Assembly: GCA_035221665.1 (NCBI GenBank)
Contig: CM069141.1
Coordinates: 41,912,001-41,976,000 of the forward strand
Direction of reading: 5' to 3'
DNA from: Okamejei kenojei
Taxonomy: Eukaryota
DNA length: 64,000 nucleotides
The position numbers and the translations under genes were made by a program. A model generated the notes under the pieces. That model searched no databases and was not told where the DNA came from. It worked only from the letters and a program-made list of their open reading frames with translations. Positions 62,201 through 64,000 of this stretch are shown piece by piece (within the stretch, counting starts at the first letter, position 1; each line of letters opens with the position of its first letter).

Positions 62201-62910
62201 CCACTGGTGACAGACATCCAGGCAAAATATCTACCTTCCACCACAACCATTTTCTATGAATAAGCTAGTTCTGAATCCAAATCTATGTATCTGTCCAAAT
62301 GTCGATTATACATTGTAACTGTAACTACCTCAACTACTTCCTGCGGCAGCTCGTTCAATTTCTCCGAGGTGAATATGCAACATCCCAAGGTATTATTTCA
62401 AAGAACAAGAAATATCCTCAGTTCTTGGCCAATAATCAGTCCTTAATTAAAATCAATTTAAAAATCTACATCGCAATCTATATCTCATAATCACCACATT
62501 CTTGTCTGTAGAAACTGGCTTTCCATTTGTTGTTTGTACTTTGAAATCTCCTGACAGTTTTAAAAATACTTGATAAAATGTATGTCCCATTTCACTTTAA
62601 TCACAAATATTTCCCAACTACATTTTGCAATACTTCACACAATTTAAATCCATGATATTTCATGTTGTTCTAATAGAAACATTAAACATTTTGTATTAAA
62701 AGCAATTTCAAGGCATCCTTATCCACTTTGATCAGCTGCAGTCAAATCATGCAGTCTATGGAAATAGAAATATATTGCAACAGACATTAGAAGACAACTT
62801 GTCATAGTTTGAACTTTTAGTCTGACCTTCAAATGTAGAAGCTGTGACAGAGTTTGTATCCTGTGCACGGAGAGACTCATTTGTGGTTAAAGGATTTTGT
62901 GTGGTGATCT
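38177..62910 (-). CDS. 3' part of an unidentified type I transmembrane protein gene (mucin-like stalk, TM helix, short cytoplasmic tail); 5' exons probably lie beyond the window
   Basis: Exons 62827-62910, 48686-48747, 43723-43816, 42292-42316, 38364-38385 and 38177-38242 have pyrimidine-rich AG acceptors, GT donors (internal exons) and matching phases. Translation: [116 protein letters not shown]. Confidence 0.65.
38364..38385 (-). CDS. Putative 22-nt cytoplasmic micro-exon
   Basis: tttttttgtgcatag|ATCCTATAATGGAAAATTCTCG|gtaaga, phase 2 to 0. Confidence 0.55.
38715..39540 (-). mobile_element. CR1 LINE fragments
   Basis: [16 protein letters not shown]..(W)NELP on -, plus a decayed RT segment (gcatcactttgcacttg, atctagatcc). 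Confidence 0.8.
40130..42115 (+). mobile_element. L1-clade LINE 3' fragment with AT-rich 3'UTR
   Basis: [56 protein letters not shown], then C..C...H (zf-RVT region). Confidence 0.88.
42292..42316 (-). CDS. Putative 25-nt juxtamembrane micro-exon
   Basis: tttttatcttttttag|CAAAGAATTCCACAAAAAGGAACAC|gtaaga, phase 1 to 2; encodes the basic SKNSTKRNT. Confidence 0.62.
43723..43816 (-). CDS. Transmembrane exon ([31 protein letters not shown])
   Basis: tcttttcatttttag|...|gtaagt. A ~24-residue hydrophobic run followed by K; phase 0 to 1. Confidence 0.72.
45022..47320 (+). mobile_element. 5'-truncated L1-clade LINE ending in poly(A)
   Basis: [10 protein letters not shown]...[42 protein letters not shown]. 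Poly(A) at ~47308-47320. Same family as 40130-42115. Confidence 0.88.
46427..47088. mobile_element. Non-autonomous element with subterminal inverted repeat and long terminal hairpin (Crypton-like)
   Basis: ttattattacccatatcacacatctgagg (46427) is inverted at 46913-46943. ~140-bp hairpin at 46945-47081 with apex gccctcgtcttcgactcgggc. Internal short tandem repeats. Confidence 0.6.
48686..48747 (-). CDS. Stalk exon ([21 protein letters not shown])
   Basis: gtattttttatcctcag|GTACTCG...AAACAA|gtaagc. 62 nt, phase 1 to 0, S/T-rich with an NST sequon. Confidence 0.65.
51290..52893 (-). mobile_element. Full-length Tc1-family DNA transposon (IR/DR type)
   Basis: TA|CAGTGGCTTGCAAAAG ... CTTTTGCAAGCCACTG|TA, ~210-bp TIRs, 1604 bp in total. 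Confidence 0.96.
51508..52515 (-). pseudogene. Tc1 transposase pseudogene
   Basis: Three ORF pieces: HTH/GRPPK, WSDETK...[13 protein letters not shown]...FQQD, and [11 protein letters not shown]...GGSTKY. Broken by a lesion near 52160, a deletion near 51783 and a 7-bp duplication near 51695. Confidence 0.92.
55331..56765 (+). mobile_element. CR1 LINE RT and 3' end (relatively young)
   Basis: [16 protein letters not shown]...QHGF...[11 protein letters not shown]...GVPQ, YINDL, YADD, WQMEFN..KC. Few frameshifts. Confidence 0.93.
56770..57800 (+). mobile_element. CR1 LINE fragment with internal deletions
   Basis: [25 protein letters not shown], and [25 protein letters not shown]. Confidence 0.9.
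58260..59045. mobile_element. Decayed CR1 fragments (+ 58260-58720; - 58785-59045)
   Basis: gatagtcagcatggtttt...aaggtccctcatggtaggctg...tatataaatgatttggatga, followed by a reverse CR1 3' end. Confidence 0.75.
59046..59842 (-). mobile_element. GC-rich non-autonomous retroelement with LINE-like 3' tail, inserted in a CR1
   Basis: On -, ends ...gagtgacaataaaggatactttatacttta. The segment cacagtgagt...cctcactgtgatggaaggc is shared with 36455-36640. Confidence 0.55.
60005..61660 (+). mobile_element. CR1 LINE RT and 3' end, interrupted by an antisense CR1
   Basis: [19 protein letters not shown]...[19 protein letters not shown]. Resumes [13 protein letters not shown] at 61355. Confidence 0.9.
60772..61351 (-). 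mobile_element. Young 5'-truncated CR1 inserted antisense into another CR1
   Basis: Open ORF 60868-61356(-), (TTTCTATG)n tail, 8-bp TSD AACATGTT (60764-60771 and 61352-61359). Confidence 0.9.
61680..62285 (-). mobile_element. Decayed CR1 fragment
   Basis: tctggtaaacctcctctgcac...gtcatcagcaaac...tgatatatatcataaac is the reverse of the RT YINDL/FADD region. Confidence 0.75.
62827..62910 (-). CDS. Mucin-like stalk exon ([27 protein letters not shown])
   Basis: ttattatttcttctgttccag|AGATCACC...TTTGAAG|gtcaga. 84 nt, phase 1 to 1, T/S-rich with an NES sequon. Confidence 0.62.
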
Positions 62911-64000
62911 CTGGAACAGAAGAAATAATAATTTATTGTGCTGGTGCTGGTGAAGACATGTTCTGTCTCACTCACTGCTTTGCCACATATTGCATCAGCA
63001 TCATTCAGCTCACACACAGCTAACCCACTGGGTAGAATATAGAACCAGTGATTGTGGTGTTTTAGATCATTCATAGGGCCTTTCCAGATTTTCCACATTT
63101 AAAAATAATCATAATCCATTGGATTGTACTTACTGATGTGCACTCATTATCAAAGGTAAACAGCGTATGAGTAAACATTTTATTTTGAATTGGAAGCCTG
63201 AAGGTGGTGGGTGCAATGGGTCTGCCAGGACAGTGCAGCTGGTTGATCTCGGGGAAGCACTGGAAGTGGAACTGTGTGTGATGACGGGACTAGAAGTTGT
63301 CCAAAGAGTAAGAGGCTATAGGTGAGGCACTAAATGCTAACTTTGCATCTGTATTCATCAAGTAGAAGGACACGGAGGATAGTGGTCTATGACTTATGAA
63401 AATTGAAACACGAGGGGAAACCAAGGCAATGAACTCCACGCAGGTGGCACTGGTCAGGATCGAACCCGAATCACTGCAGCTGTGGGTAAACTGTGCTAAC
63501 AGCAACATCGTTGCGATGTCAGGAATGATACAGATATATGTAACATTGAGCTGTCTACAGTCCAAATTCACTAACACGTCTTGAAACAGTCCAAAGATCT
63601 TCACATGGCAACAAAACTAGCCAAGTCTTTGGGTATTTTTAAAGCGGAGATTGACATGCAATAACATATTATTGTGTAAATAATTATGGAAATCGGGATA
63701 AGCGTGAGAGACATTTAGCCTACATCAGAATTCCAAAAGTAAGGAGAAATGACGGTAGATAGAAGCAAGAGCTGAAGGGACAACAACAGCCAGAGTGCTT
63801 GGCGAACTTTGGCCATTTGCTCACTGCATTTCATCAACTAAGGCATTATTTGTGTTTTTTCTTGATTTCTTTGGCATCTAAAAAGTTTCAGAAGTGATAA
63901 ATCTGGCTGTAAAATCTAAAAATCGCCCATGGTTCTCAAGTGGGTTTTTACATACAAAATGAAAACGCCTCTGAAGCAAAATTTACAGTCAGATGTATCA

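Noticed and set aside
62976-63027. 52-nt candidate exon on - (GLAVCELNDADAICGKA)
   Set aside because: It would leave only a ~65-nt intron, and the phase 0 end of that frame is incompatible with the phase 1 mucin exon.
36200-64000. Expected syntenic neighbours RARS1 and FBLL1
   Set aside because: No arginyl-tRNA synthetase or fibrillarin-like exons could be recognised on either strand.

Overview
Eukaryotic genomic DNA, most likely from a cartilaginous fish (skate or ray), judged from HE1/V-type tRNA SINEs with CR1 tails, Deu-type SINEs and abundant CR1 and Penelope elements. The main gene is a 7-exon PANK3 (pantothenate kinase 3) on the + strand. It has a CpG-rich promoter at about 7.0-7.6 kb, a CDS from 7594 to 27569, a probable long 3'UTR to about 36.1 kb, and hosts miR-103 in intron 5. 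As assembled, exon 3 carries one extra base, which causes a +1 frameshift. On the - strand, converging on PANK3, I could assemble by hand a phase-consistent chain of six small exons (62910 to 38177). They encode the C-terminal part of an unidentified type I membrane protein (S/T-rich stalk, transmembrane helix, short tail) that the ORF track misses. The rest is transposon-derived: Rex-Babar, CR1, L1, L2 and RTE LINE fragments, Penelope elements whose terminal repeats carry minimal hammerhead-ribozyme motifs, a full-length decayed Tc1, Harbinger and hAT MITEs, a 142-bp solo LTR, and a four-level nested insertion. All calls come from reading the sequence; no database searches were run.
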